A DNA stretch of 64,000 nt from the human T2T-CHM13v2.0 reference genome, Homo sapiens. Every line of letters begins with the position of its first letter. The first letter of the stretch is position 1. Made by a program: the position numbers and the translations under genes. Below are positions 1 through 13,825 of the stretch, one piece after another. The stretch lies in the NCBI RefSeq assembly GCF_009914755.1, contig NC_060947.1, one strand, 5' to 3'. Under the pieces are notes generated by a model. It was not told where the DNA came from. It made no database searches and saw nothing but the letters and a program-made list of their open reading frames with translations.

Positions 1-845
1 ACACCCTTGTGAATTACACTCTGAACCTCTCCTCTAGGGGCCAGCCAGAACTTTAATCTAGTTATAGGTCTAGAAGCAAACAGGGATGTTGTAGGTGGCT
101 CCTGAGGAGAATCAACATTATCTTGCCTCTCAACTGCCTCAGAGGAGACCATCACTGTTGCCTCAGGCAGCACCGGGTTTATCTTCTCAGACAAAGGTAG
201 AAAGGCTGATGACAGCATGTATTGGGGAGGGAATGTTGGCACTACTGGGTATGGGGAAGCTGTTTCTTTTGAAAAAAAGTTTCATCAGTGTTTACAACTT
301 CAGTTTCCCCAGCTTCATCAGGGTCCTCCCTCATGTCCCCATTTCAAATTGCAGAGTCCCATTCTTTTCCAATCAGTGCTCTCACTTTAAAAGTAGACAC
401 CTGGTGAGGTTGCACATACACCTTTTGTTGCAGGTCAGCCACTTGCATAATAAGAGATTGTGTCTGTTTTTCCACAATTTCAGCTCTTTCTCTACAGGAA
501 TAAGACTCTTATTCAGAGCAATCTTAGCAGATTTGAGGCTCAGTATCTTCTCAAGCTGGGAGTTAGAATTCCTGAATTCACCATTTTCTTTCATCACTTT
601 GTCCACTGAACTTAGGAGCAACCAACCAGCTTCATTATGTTCTTTGGTTCTCCACATATGGTCAAAGGTAATATGTACAAAGTCACTAAACTCCTTGCCT
701 CTCATAAGAGGTGAATTGGAAGTGTCAAATATATTTATTTTGCATAACTCTAAACAGTTCATGCCAAGGACTATCAGTGTTCTCCATACTATGAGAAGTA
801 GAGTCCTTAGCATTTTGGATGTAATTATATTAAGCAACCAACTCT
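1..845 (-). mobile_element. HERV-L (ERVL) internal region, degenerate gag 5' portion; provirus continues beyond the window start
   Basis: ORF 382-837(-) (ELCKINIFDTSNSPLMRGKEFSDFVHITFDHMWRTKEHNEAGWLLLSSVDK) is near-identical to the gag N-terminus at 48516-48884(+). It is frameshifted and abuts an MLT2A LTR. Confidence 0.88.
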
Positions 846-1311
846 ATACACACACACATATAGTAATATATATACAACTATATCTATATATCTATATATA
901 TGTATACACACACACATATAAAGGGAAGTTTAATAAGTATTAACTCACACAATCTCAAGATCCCACAATAGGCTGTCTGAAAGCTGAGGAGCAAGGAAAG
1001 ACAGTCCAAGTTCCAAAACTGAAGAACTTGGAGTTCAATGTTTGAGAGCAGGAAGGGTCCAGCACGAGAGAAAGATGTAGGATGGGAGGCTAGGCCAGTC
1101 TACTTTTTTCACGTTTTTCTGCCTACTTTATATTCTAGACATGCTGGCAGCTGAATAGATGGTGACCACCCAGATTAAGGGTGGGTTTGCATTTTCCAGC
1201 CCACTTACTCAAATGTTAATCTACTTTGGCATCACCCTCACAGACACTCCCAGGATTAATACTTTGCATCCTTCAATCCATTCAAGTTGACACTCCATAT
1301 TAGCCATCACA
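846..1311 (-). mobile_element. MLT2A-type 5' LTR of HERV-L; its 3' end and the PBS are missing
   Basis: Reverse complement begins tgtgatggctaat (ending at 1311) and aligns with the LTRs at 47949 and 55468. It carries a (TA/CA)n tract at ~845-920. Confidence 0.88.
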
Positions 1312-2655
1312 ATATCCTATGGATTAAAGAAGAAAGCCTTAGTGAATTTAAAAAACACATTTAACTGGGTGAAATCGAAAATACAATATGTAAAATTTGT
1401 TGAACACAGCTAAAGCAGTGCTGAAAGAAAAATGCACAGCAATAAATGTTAGCAGTAGGTAAAAGAGAAGTCTCAAATTAATAATGTAGGCTTTCACCTA
1501 AGGAGACTACAAAGAGAACAACAATATAAACCCAAAGCAAGCAAAGAAATATTAATACATAATGTTGTAAATCAATAAAATTAAAAAAGAAATAAAATGG
1601 AGAAAATTAATAAAAGAAAGAAAATTAGTTCTTTAAAAATATTAATAAAATTGTCAAGACTCTTTGAAGAATTACAAATAAAAATAGAGAAAAAAATGCA
1701 AACTGCCAATATCAGGAATAATACCAATTCCAGAGACTATCCCTACAGTCTCTACAACCATCAAAAAAAGGGTAATTAAGAAATATTAAAAAGAACTCTA
1801 AACATATATTTAACAACTTAGATGAAATGGACAAACTACAACAGCCCAAGTAGTATGAAATAGATAATTTGAATTTTCATGTAACTTTTAAAGAAATTGA
1901 GGTTGTAAGTTAAATGCAATCTGCAGGCCCAGATGACTTTACTAGAGATTTCTACTAAAGTTTAAGTAAGAATTAACATTTATTCTCCACAAATTTCCAG
2001 AATATAGAAGGGAAAGAAACATTTTCCAAAAAGTATCATTTTATGAGGCCAATATAACCTAGATCCCAAAACTGGATATATGGTACAAATATCAGAGCAA
2101 ACAGCTTTTTAATTCTTATGAATATGTTTGCAAAATCACTAAAAAAATTAGCAAATAGAATTCATGAGTGTATAAAAATAATTACACACTGTGACTAAAT
2201 GAGCATTATTCCAGGTATGGCAGGCTGATTCAATATTGTAAAATCAATGAATACAATCCACCATATTAACAGGTTAAAAAAACATAATTATATCAACTTA
2301 CACGGAAAGAAATTTGAAAAAAAAAAAACACTTATTTATAACAAAAATTCTGGAAAAGTAGTAGAGGGGAATTTTGTGAACTTCATAAAGAACATCTTAA
2401 AACCAGAAACCAAAACAGTAGTTAACATTATACCTAATCATGAAAGACTGAACATTTTCCACCCAAGATCAGAAATACAGCAAGAAATGTCTGTTCTCAC
2501 TATTCCTATTCAACATAGTGATGGAAGTTCTAGCCTCCACAATAAGTGATGTACAAGAAATTAAGAGTGTAAAGATTAGAAAGGAAAAAATAAAAACCTC
2601 CCTCTATGCAGATGATATGGTCATTTGTGTAGAAAATCCCAGGAAGAATTAAGAA
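1312..2655 (+). mobile_element. Old L1M ORF2 fragment, left part; interrupted by a full-length L1PA
   Basis: Degenerate ORF2-like peptides (MNTIHHINRLK) and an RT motif read as tatgcagatgatatg (YADDM) near 2606. The element resumes after the L1PA tail at ~9500. Confidence 0.8.
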
Positions 2656-3994
2656 AAGAGGATCCTGATAAAGATGGCTGACTAGGACAAGTTCCTGTCT
2701 GTAGCTCCCAGTGAGATAGACGCAGAAGGTGGGTGATTTCTGCATTTTCAACTGAAGTGCCCAGTTCATCTCATTGAGACTGGTTGGACAGTGGATGCAG
2801 CCCATGGAGGGTGAGCTGAAGCAGGGAGGGGTGTTGCCTCACCTGGGAAGTGCAAGGGGTCCAGGAATATTCTTCCCTACCCAAGGGAAGACGTAAGGGA
2901 CTGAGCCTGAGTAACCAGGGACTCTGGCCCAGATACCGCACTTGTCCCACAGTCTTCCCAACCCACAGACCAGGAGATTCCCTCCGGTGCCCACCCTACC
3001 AAGGCCTTGGGTTTCAAGCACAAAATTGGGTGGCCATTTGGGCAGACACCGAACTAGCTGCAGGAGTTTTTTTGTTTTCTGTTTTTTGCTTTTTTTCCTT
3101 ACCCCAGTGGTGCCTGGAGCGCCAGTGAGACAGAACTCTTCACTCCCCTGGAAAGGGGTGCTGAAGCCAGGGAGCCAAGTTGTCTGGCTTGGCTGGTCCC
3201 ACACCCATGGAGCCAAGCAAGCTACGATCTTGAAATTTGCTGCCAACACAGCAGCAGTCTGAGGTCAACCTGGGACACTCGAGCTTGGTGGGGGGAAGGG
3301 CGCCCACCATTGCTGAGGCTTGAGTAAGCAGTTTTATGCTCACAGTGTAAACAAGGCCACCAGGAAGTCTGAACTGGGTGGAGCCCACTGCAGTTCAGCA
3401 AGGCTGCTGTGGCCGGACAGCCAGATTACTCCTCTCTGGCAGGGCATCCCTGAAAAAAAGACAGCAACCCCACTCAGGGACTTATAGGTAAGACTCCCAT
3501 CTACCTGGGACAGAGAATCTGGGGGAAGGGGCAGCTGTGGGAACAGTTTCAGCAGATGTAAACGTCCCTGCCTGATGGCACTGAACAGAGCAGTTGACCT
3601 CCCAGCACAGCGTTTGAGCTCTTCTATGGGTCAGATTGCCTCCTCAAGTGGGTCCTTAACCTCCAAGCATCCTGATTGGGCAACACCTCCCAGTAGGGGT
3701 CGATAGACATTTCATACAGGAGAGCTCTTGCTTGCATCTGGCAGGTGTCCCCTCAGAGATGAATCTTCTAGGGGAAAGAACAGGCAGCAATCTTTGCTGT
3801 TCTGTAGCCTCAGCTGGTGATACCCAGGCAAATAGGGTCAGGAGTGGACCTCCAGTAAACTCCAGCAGACTTGCAGCACAAGGGCCTGACTGTTAGAAGA
3901 AAAACTAACAAACAGAAAGGAATATCACATCCACTCAAATACCCCATTTGAAGGTCACCAACATCAAAGACCAAAGGTAGATAAATCCACAAAG

Positions 3995-5347
<1,353 letters not shown>

Positions 5348-5410
5348 AGAATATCTTCAATATGAAGAAACTGCATCAACTAACAGGCAAAACAACCAGC
5401 TAGCATCACA

Positions 5411-5612
5411 ATGACAGGATCAAATTCACACATAAAAATATTAACCTTAAATGTACACAAACTAAATGCCCCAATTAAAAGACACAGACTGGCAAATTGG
5501 ATAAAGAGTCAAGACCCATCAGTGTGCTATATTCAGGAGACCCATCTCACATGCAAAGACACACACAGGCTCAAAATAAAGGGATGGGGGAATATTTATG
5601 AAGAAAACCAAA

Positions 5613-5646
<34 letters not shown>

Positions 5647-8600
5647 AGTTGCAATCCTAATCTCTGATAAAACAGACCTTAAGCCAACAAAGATCAAAAG
5701 AGACAAAGAAGGGCATTACATAATGGGAAAGGGATTAATGAAGCAAGAAGAGCGATCTCTCCTAAATATATATGCACCGAATACAGGAGCAACCAGATTC
5801 TTAAAGTAAGTTCTTAGAGACCTACAAGGAGACTTAGACTCCCACACAATAATAGTGGGAGACTTTAACACCCCACTGTCATTATGAGGCAGATCAATGA
5901 GACAGAAAATTAACAAGGATATTCAGGACTTGAACTCAGCTCTGAACCAATCAGACCTAATACACACCTACAGAACCCTGCAGGCCAAATCAATAGAATA
6001 TACATTCTTCTCAGCACCTCGTTGCACTTTTTTTCTAAAATTGATCACATAATTGGAAGTAAAACACTCCTAAGCAAATGCAAAATAACAGAAATCATAA
6101 CAAACAGTCTCTCAGACCACAGTGCAATCAAACTAGAACTCAAAATTAAGAACCTCACTCAAAACGGCACAATTACATGAAAAGTGAACAACCTGCTCCT
6201 GAATGACTACTGGGCAAATAATGAAGACAGAAATAAAGATATTCTTTGAAACCAATGAGAATGAAGACACACTGTACAAGAATCTCTGGGACACATTTAA
6301 AGCAGTGTCTAGAGGGAAATTTATAGCACTAAATGCCTATGAGAGAAAGCAGGAAATATTTAAAACTGACACCTTTACATCAAAATTAAAAGAACTAGAG
6401 AAGCACCAGCAAACAAATTCAAAAGCTGGCAGAAGACATGAAATAACTTAGATCAGAGCAGAACTGAAGGAGACAGAGACATGAAAAACCCTTCAAAAAA
6501 ATCAGTGAATACAGGGGCTGGTTTTTTGAAAAGATTAACAAAATAGATTGACTGCTAACCAGACTAATAAAGAAGAAAAGAGAGAAGAGTCAAATAGATG
6601 CAATAAAAAATGATATAGGGGATATCACCACTGATCCCACAGAAATGAAAACTACCATCAGAGAATACTATAAACATTTCTATGCAAATAAATTAGAAAA
6701 TCTAGAAGAAATGGATAAATTCCTGGACACATACACCCTCTCAAGTCTAAACCAGGAAGAAGTCGAATCCCTGAATAGACCAAAAACAAGTTCCGAAACT
6801 GAGACAGTAATTAATAGCCTACCAACCAAAAAAAGTCCAGGACAAGACGGTTTCATAGCCAATTTCTACCAGTGGTACAAAAAGGAGCTGGTACCAATCC
6901 TTCTGAAACTAATTCAAACAATAGAAAAAGAGGGAATACTCCCTAACTCATTTTATGAGGCCAGCAACATCCTGATACCAAAATCTGGCAAAGACACAAC
7001 AAAAAAAAGAAAATTTCAAGCCAATATCCCTGATGAACATCGATGTGAAAATTCTCAATAAAAGATTGGCAAAATGAATTCAGCAGCACATCAAAAAGCT
7101 TATCCACCACGATGAAGTTGGCTTCATACCTGGGATGAAAGGCTGGTTCAACATACGCAAATCAATAAATATAATCCATCACATAAACAGAACCAATGAC
7201 AAAAACCACATGATTATCTCAATAGATTCAGAAAAGGCCTTTGAAAAAATTCAACTCCCCTTCATGCTAAAAACTCTTGATAAACTAGGTATCACTGGAA
7301 TGTATCTCAAAATAATAAGAGCTATTTATGACAAACCCACAGCCAATCTCATACTGAATGGGCAAAAACTGGTAGCATTCACTTTGAAAACTGGCACAAG
7401 ACAAGAATGCCCTCTCTCTCCATTCCAATTCAACATAGTATTGGAAGTTCTGGGCAGGGCAATCAGGCAAGAGAAAGAAATAAAGTGCATTCAAATAGGA
7501 AGAGAGGAAGTCAAACTGTCTCTGTTTGCAGAAGACATGATTGTATATTTAGAAAACCCCATTGTCTCAGCCCAAAATCTCCTTAAACTGATAAGCAACT
7601 TCAGCAAAGTCTCAGGATACAAAATGATGTGCAAAAATCACAAGCATTCCTATACACCAATAACAGACAAACAGCCAGCCAAATCACGAACGAACTCCCA
7701 TTCACAATTGCTACAAAGAGAATAAAATACCTAGGAATCCAACTTACAAGGGATGTGAAGGACCTCTTCAAAGAGAACGACAAACCACTGTTCAAGGAAA
7801 TAAGAGAGGACAGAAACAAATGGAAAAACTTTCCATGCTCTTGGATAGGAAGAATCAATATCGTGAAAATGGCCATACTGCCCAAAGTAATTTATAGATT
7901 CAATGCTATCTGCATCAAGCTACCACTGACTTTCTTAACAGAATTGGAAAAAACTACTTTAAACTTCATATGGAACCAAAAAAGACCCTGCATAGCCAAG
8001 ACATTCCTAAGCAAAAAGAACAAAGCTGGAGGCATCACACTACCTGTGTGAATGTATTTCAAACTATACTACAGGGCTACTGCAACCAAAACAGCATGGT
8101 ACTGGTACCAAAACAAATATATAGACCAATGGAACAGTACAGCGGCCTCAGAAATAACACCACACATCTACAACCATCTGATGTTTGACAAACTTGACAC
8201 AAATAAGCAATGGGGAAAAGATTCCCTGTTTAATAAGTGGTGTTGGGAAAACTGGCTAGCCATATGCAGAAAACTGAAACTGGACACCTTCCTTACACCT
8301 TATACAAAAATCAACTCAAGATTGATTAAATAATTAAACGTAAGACCTAAAACCATAAAAGTCTTAGAAGAAAACCTGGGCAATAACACTCAGGATATAG
8401 GCATGGGCAAAGATTTCATGTCTAAAACACCAAAAGTAATGGCAACAAAAGCCAGAATTGACAAATTAGACCTAATTAAACTAAAGAGCTTCTGCACAGC
8501 AAAAGAAACTATTACCAGAGTGAACAGACAACCTACAGAATAGTAGAAAATTTTTGCAATCTATCCAATTGACAAAGGGCTAACAGCCAGAATCTACAAA

Positions 8601-9255
8601 GAACATAAACACATTTACAAGAAAAGAAAACCATCAAAAAGTGGGCAAAGGATATGAACAGACACTTCTCAAAATAAGACATTAATGCAGCCATCAAACA
8701 TGAAAAAAATGTTCATCATCACTGGTCATTAGAGAAATGAAAATTAAAACCACAATGAGATACCATCTCACTCCAGCTAGAATGGTGATCATCAAAAAGA
8801 CAGGAAACAACAGATGCTGGGGAGGATGTGGAGAAACAGGAATGCTTTTCTGCTGTTGGTGGGAATGTAAATTAGTTCAACCATTGTGGAAGACAGTGTG
8901 GCGATTCCTCAAGCATCTAGAACTAGAAATACCATTTGACCCAGCAATCCCATTACTGGGTATATACCCAAAGGATTATAAATCATTCTACTATAAAGAC
9001 ACATGCACCCGTGTGTTTATTGCAGCACTATTCACAATAGCAAAGACTTGGAACCAACCCAAATGTCCATCAATGATAGACTGGATAAAGAAAATGTGGC
9101 ACATACACACCATGGAATACTATGCAGCCATAAAAAAGAATGAGTTCCCATCCTTTGCAGGGACATGGATGAAGCTGGAAACTATCGTTCTCAGCAAACT
9201 ATCACAAGAACATAAAACCAGACACCGCATGTTCTCACTCATAAGTGCAAGATGA
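5411..9255 (+). pseudogene. L1 ORF2p (endonuclease, reverse transcriptase, C-terminal domain), fragmented
   Basis: Successive ORF pieces: MTGSNSHIKILTLNV (EN), [10 protein letters not shown] and [13 protein letters not shown] (RT), CWGGCGETG...CCWWEC (CCHC region). Confidence 0.92.
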
Positions 9256-9500
9256 GCAATGAAAGCACATGGACACAGGGAGGGGAACATCACACACCAG
9301 CACCTGTTGGGGGTGATGGGCTAGGGGAGGGATAGAATTAGGAAAAATACCTAATTCAGGTGAAAGGATGATGGGTGCAGCAAACCACCATGTCACATGT
9401 ATGCCTATGTAATGTAACGGCACGTTCTGCACATGCACCCTAGAACTTAAAGTAAAATTTAAAAAATAAAATTAAAAAAATAAATAAAAATAGAAAAAAA

Positions 9501-9810
9501 AACCTAAAACTTTCTAATGAATTCCACAAGGTCACAATATTCAAAATTAACATAAAATCATTTACATTTCTATATATTAGCAATGAACACATGAAAACTG
9601 AAATTAAAAACACCATACAACTTATGGACTCTCAAAGAAAGTAAATCACTTAGAATCAAGACTTGTTTGCTGAAAACTCCAAAATGTTGATTAAATTGAA
9701 GAAGATTTATACAATTGAAGAGACATCTGTTTTCATGGATCAGGAACCTCAAATATTATAAATTCATACATAGTTTTAATTTAAGTCATTAAAATCCCAG
9801 AAAGATTATT
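9501..9810 (+). mobile_element. Old L1M ORF2 fragment, right part (continuation of 1312-2655)
   Basis: Sequence resumes with the ORF2 region that follows the YADD motif (atttctatatattagcaatgaac; ttcatggatcaggaacctcaaatatt). Confidence 0.7.
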
Positions 9811-10380
9811 TTAATTTTAATTTGTTTAAAATTTTTGTGTGTACATAGTAGGTATGTATATATTTATGTGGTATATGAGATATTTTTGATACAAGCATAC
9901 AATGCATAATAATCATAATGGAAAATGGGGTATCTATCCCTTTGAGCAGTTACGGTATGTGTTACAAAAAATCCAATTATACATTTTCAGTTACAGTAAA
10001 TTATTTTGACTATAGCCACCTTTTTATACTATCAAATACTATGTATTATCCATTCTTTTTTTTTGTACTCATTAACCATCCCCAGCTCCCACACAGTCTC
10101 CTTAGTACCCTTGCAAGCCACTTGTAACCATCCTTCTACTCTCTATACCCATGTGTTCAATTGTTCTGATTTTTAAATTCCACCAATAAATGATAACAAG
10201 TGAGGTTTGTCTTTACATGACTGGCTTATTTCACTTAAAATAATGACATCCAGTTCCATTCATGTTTCATCCTGCTAGGATGGGCATTTCTTCTCTGGCT
10301 GGGTCTGGTCCAAATGCACCGTCCAATGTGCTGACTCTAACTAAGGCCAGCAGAGCTTCGCTCTCCACTATGACAGGGAC
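9811..10380 (-). mobile_element. L1MA-like 3' end joined directly to an L1 5'-UTR fragment
   Basis: 9811-10266 resembles the L1MA 3' ends at 22950 and 46630. 10267-10380 resembles the L1MA 5' UTR at ~58990-59090. Confidence 0.7.
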
Positions 10381-11255
10381 CAACCCCATTAAAAAGTGAG
10401 CAAAGGCCATAAAGAAACACTTCTCAAAAAAAGACATACCTGCGGCCAACAAGCAATTTCAACATCACTGATCATTAGGGAAATGCAAATCAAAACCACA
10501 GTGAGATACCATCTCCCACCAGTCAGAATGGCTATTATTAAAAAGTAAAAAAGCAACACATACCGGTGAAGTTGTGGAGAAAAAGGAACGTTTTTACATG
10601 GTTGGTGGGACTGTAAATTAGTTCAATCATTGTGGAAGACAGTGTGGCAACTTTGAAGACCTAGAGAAAGAATGCCATTGGACTCAGCAATCCCATTACT
10701 GGGTATAAACACAAAGGAATATAAATATTTGTATTGTAAAGATGCATGCACGTGTTAGTTCCCTGCAACACTATTCACAATAGCAAAGACATTGAATCAA
10801 CCTAAAAGCCCATCAATGATAGGCTGGATAAAGAAAATGTTGTACATATACACTATAAAATACTATGCAGCCATCAAAAGGAAAAAGGTCATGTCCTTTG
10901 CAGTGACATGGATGGAGCTGGAGGTCATTATCCTTAGCAAACTAATGCAGGAACAGAAAACCAAATACCATGTGTTCTCACTGTAAGTGGGAGCTGAATG
11001 ATGTGAATGCATGGACACATGGGGAGGAACAACACACACTGGTTGGAAGGTGAGGAGGGTGGTAGTAGGGAGAGCAACCGGAAGAAGAGTTAAAGGATGC
11101 TGAGCTTAATACCTGGGTGATGGGATGATCTGTGCAGCAAACTACATTGGCACATGTTTACCTATATAACAAACCTGCACATCACTTTAAAGTAAAAGTT
11201 GAAAATTAAAAAAGAAATAAGGTGAACAAAGAAAACAAATTAAGAAGAAAAAGAA
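10381..11255 (+). mobile_element. 5'-truncated L1PA (L1PA10-13-like) 3' end
   Basis: ORF2 C-terminus (NQPKSPSMIGWIKKMLYIYTIKYYAAIK), 3' UTR and an A-rich tail at ~11205-11255. Confidence 0.85.
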
Positions 11256-11480
11256 AGGGAGAGTCATGGGACTTGTCCCGGCCAGGTGAAAATCTTCAGA
11301 TGGTTAAGAACCAGAATAAAGAAAATGAAAATTGATGGGGTTAAAACGAAGGTCTTAATGCAACACTATCAAAGGTTGGATGGACAAAAGGGAGCCACTT
11401 CTGGTCACCCGACATTAAAAGGTCCCTAACCAGTTTTCTGTATTTCTCCCAGTTTAGAGAAATTTTAAAAAGCTGGAAGG

Positions 11481-13825
11481 GGCGCAGCAGCTGTGCGTCC
11501 CGGGGCTATTGACCTCTCCACGTTTGCAGCCTAGCCCCAGTCAGTCAGTGCCGGAGGACCTCAGCAGCCATGTCAAAGCCCCATAGTGAAGCCAAGACTG
11601 CTTTCATTCAGACCTAGAAGCTGCATGCAGCCATGGCTGACACATTCCTGGAACACACGTGCCACCTGGACATTGACTCGCCACCCATAGCAGCCAGGAA
11701 CACTGGAATCATCTGTACCATCGGCCCAGCTCCCTGATCGGTGGAGATGCTGAAGGAGATGATTAAGTCTGGTATGAATGTGGCTGGTCTGAACTTCTCT
11801 CATGGAACTTATGAGTATCAGTGGAGACCATCAAGAACATGCGCACAGCCACAGAAAGTTTTGCTTCTGACCCCCATCCTCTAAGAGCCCGTTGCCGAGG
11901 TTCTGGACACTAAAGGACCTGAGATCCGAACTGGCCTCTTCTGTGGGGTAACTGGTAATGGGCGCCAGGAGACGGGGCTCCTCAGATAACTGCAGTGCTG
12001 CTGCACTGTAGATGTGAACCTGAAGAAGGGAGCCACTCTCGAAATCTTGCTGGATAATGCCTACATGGAAAAGTGTGATGAGTACATCATGTGGCTGGAC
12101 TACAAGAACATCTGCAAGGTGGTAGAAGTGGGCAGCAAGATCTACGTGGATGATGGGCTTTCTTCTCTCCAGGTGCCGACTTACTCGTGATGGAGGTAGA
12201 AAATGGTGGCTCCTCCGGCAGCAAGAAGGGTGTAAACCTTCCCGGGACTGCTGTGGACCTGCTTGCCATGCCAGAGAAGGACACCCGGGACCTGAAGTTT
12301 GGAGTTGAGCAGTATGTCGATATGGTGTTTGCCTCCTTCATCCGCAAGGCATCTGATGCCCACGAAGTTAGGAAGGTCCTTGGGGAGAAGGGAAAGAACA
12401 TCAAAGTAATCAGCAAAAATGAGAATCATGAGGGGGGTTGGAGGTTTGATGAAATCCTGAAGACCAGCGACGGGATCATGGTGGCTCATGATGGTATAGG
12501 CATTGACATTCCTGCAGAGAAGGTCTTCCTTGCTCAGAAGATGATGATTGGGTGCTGCAACCGAGCTGGGAGGCCTGTCATCTGTGCCACTCTGATGATG
12601 GAGAGCATAATCACGAAGCTCCACCCCACCCAGGGTGAGGGCAGTGATGTGGCCAATGCAGTCCTGGACAGAGTGGACTGCATCATGCTGTCTGGAGAAA
12701 CAGTCAAAGGGGATTATCCTCTGGAGGCAGTTCGCATGCAGCACCTGATTGCCGGTGAAGCAGAGGCCACCTTCTAATACTTGCAGTTATTTGAGGAGCC
12801 CCGCCTCCTGGCATGCATTACCAGTTACCCCACAGAAGTCACCGATGTGGGCGTCGTGGAAGCCTCCTTCCAGTGCCGCAGTGGGGCCATAATCGTCCTC
12901 ACCAAGTCTGGCAGTTCTGGTGACCAGATACCGCCCACGTACCCCCATCGTTGCTGTGACAGGGAATCCCCAGACAGTTCGTCAGGCCCATCTGTACCAT
13001 AGCGTCTTTCCTGTGCTGTGCAAGGATGCAGTCCCGGAGGCCTGGGCTGAGAATGTGGACCACCGGGTGAACTTGGCTATGAATGTTGGCAAGGCCGGAG
13101 GCTTCTTCAAGAAGGAAGATGTGGTCATTGTGCTGACCAGGTGGTGCCCTGCCTGCAGCTTCCCCAACACCATGCGTGTTGTTTCCATGCCGTGATGGAC
13201 CCAGAGCCCCTCCTCCAGCCTCTGTCCCTCCTGGTTCCCCCAACCCATCCATTAGGCCAGCAACACTTTTAGAGCTCACTGTGGGCTGTAATGTGGCACT
13301 GGTGGGCTGGGTCACCAGGGAAGAAGATTAATGCCTTGCTGAAACATGGCTGGTTTTAGAATCTGCTCTTGGGTGGGACAGCCCAGAGCCTGGCTGCCCA
13401 TCATGTGGCCTTACCCAAGCAAGGGAAGAAGGAGGAATGCAGGACTGGAGGTCCCTGGAGTCTATGGCAAAAGGGTGACAGCTTCCTTTCCTTTCTGTGC
13501 TCTGTTCAGTTCCTTTATTAAATGGATGCCCAGAGGACTCCCAACCCTGTCCCAGGGTCAGGAAACAGCCAGCAAGAGTTAGGGGCCTTAGGGCATGAGG
13601 CAGTGGTTTCAGTTTAAGCAGACTCTGGCCCTGGCCCATACTTGCTTTCCCAACCTTCTGGACCTCCCCTATTTGCACCTGTCCCCACCCTCCACTCAGC
13701 TTTCCTGCAGCAAACACTATACCCTTCTCCTTCCATTTCTCCCCACTGCTGCAGCCACCTCCAGGCCCGTTGTTATAGAGCCTACCTGTATGTCAATAAA
13801 CAACAGCTGAAGCACACACACACAC
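11481..13825 (+). pseudogene. PKM: Processed pseudogene of pyruvate kinase M, M2 splice isoform (5' UTR, CDS 11570-13195, 3' UTR); symbol given is the parent gene
   Basis: Intronless. ATG at 11570 (MSKPHSEA); [22 protein letters not shown]; exon-10-type LQLFEE...ASFQCRSGAIIVLTKSG; ends NTMRVVSMP-stop. Multiple stops and frameshifts. AATAAA at 13795. TSD aaaagctggaagg (11468-11480) / aaaggctggaagg (13826-13838). Confidence 0.96.
11938..11997 (-). repeat. Inverted 60-bp copy of the pseudogene's own exon-10 segment (12778-12838)
   Basis: Reverse complement cactgcagttatctgaggagccccgtctcctggcgcccattaccagttaccccacagaag matches tacttgcagttatttgaggagccccgcctcctggcatgcattaccagttaccccacagaag. Confidence 0.92.

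Noticed and set aside
95-943. 282-aa ORF as a novel protein (also the 157-aa ORF at 48752-49225)
   Set aside because: Both are antisense reading frames of HERV-L gag. The first runs into a TA microsatellite. There is no independent coding evidence.
12187-12777. 196-aa ORF with strong pyruvate kinase similarity as a functional gene
   Set aside because: It is a fragment of an intronless, TSD-flanked retrocopy with stops and frameshifts on both sides and substitutions in conserved motifs (e.g. MVAHDGIG for MVARGDLG).
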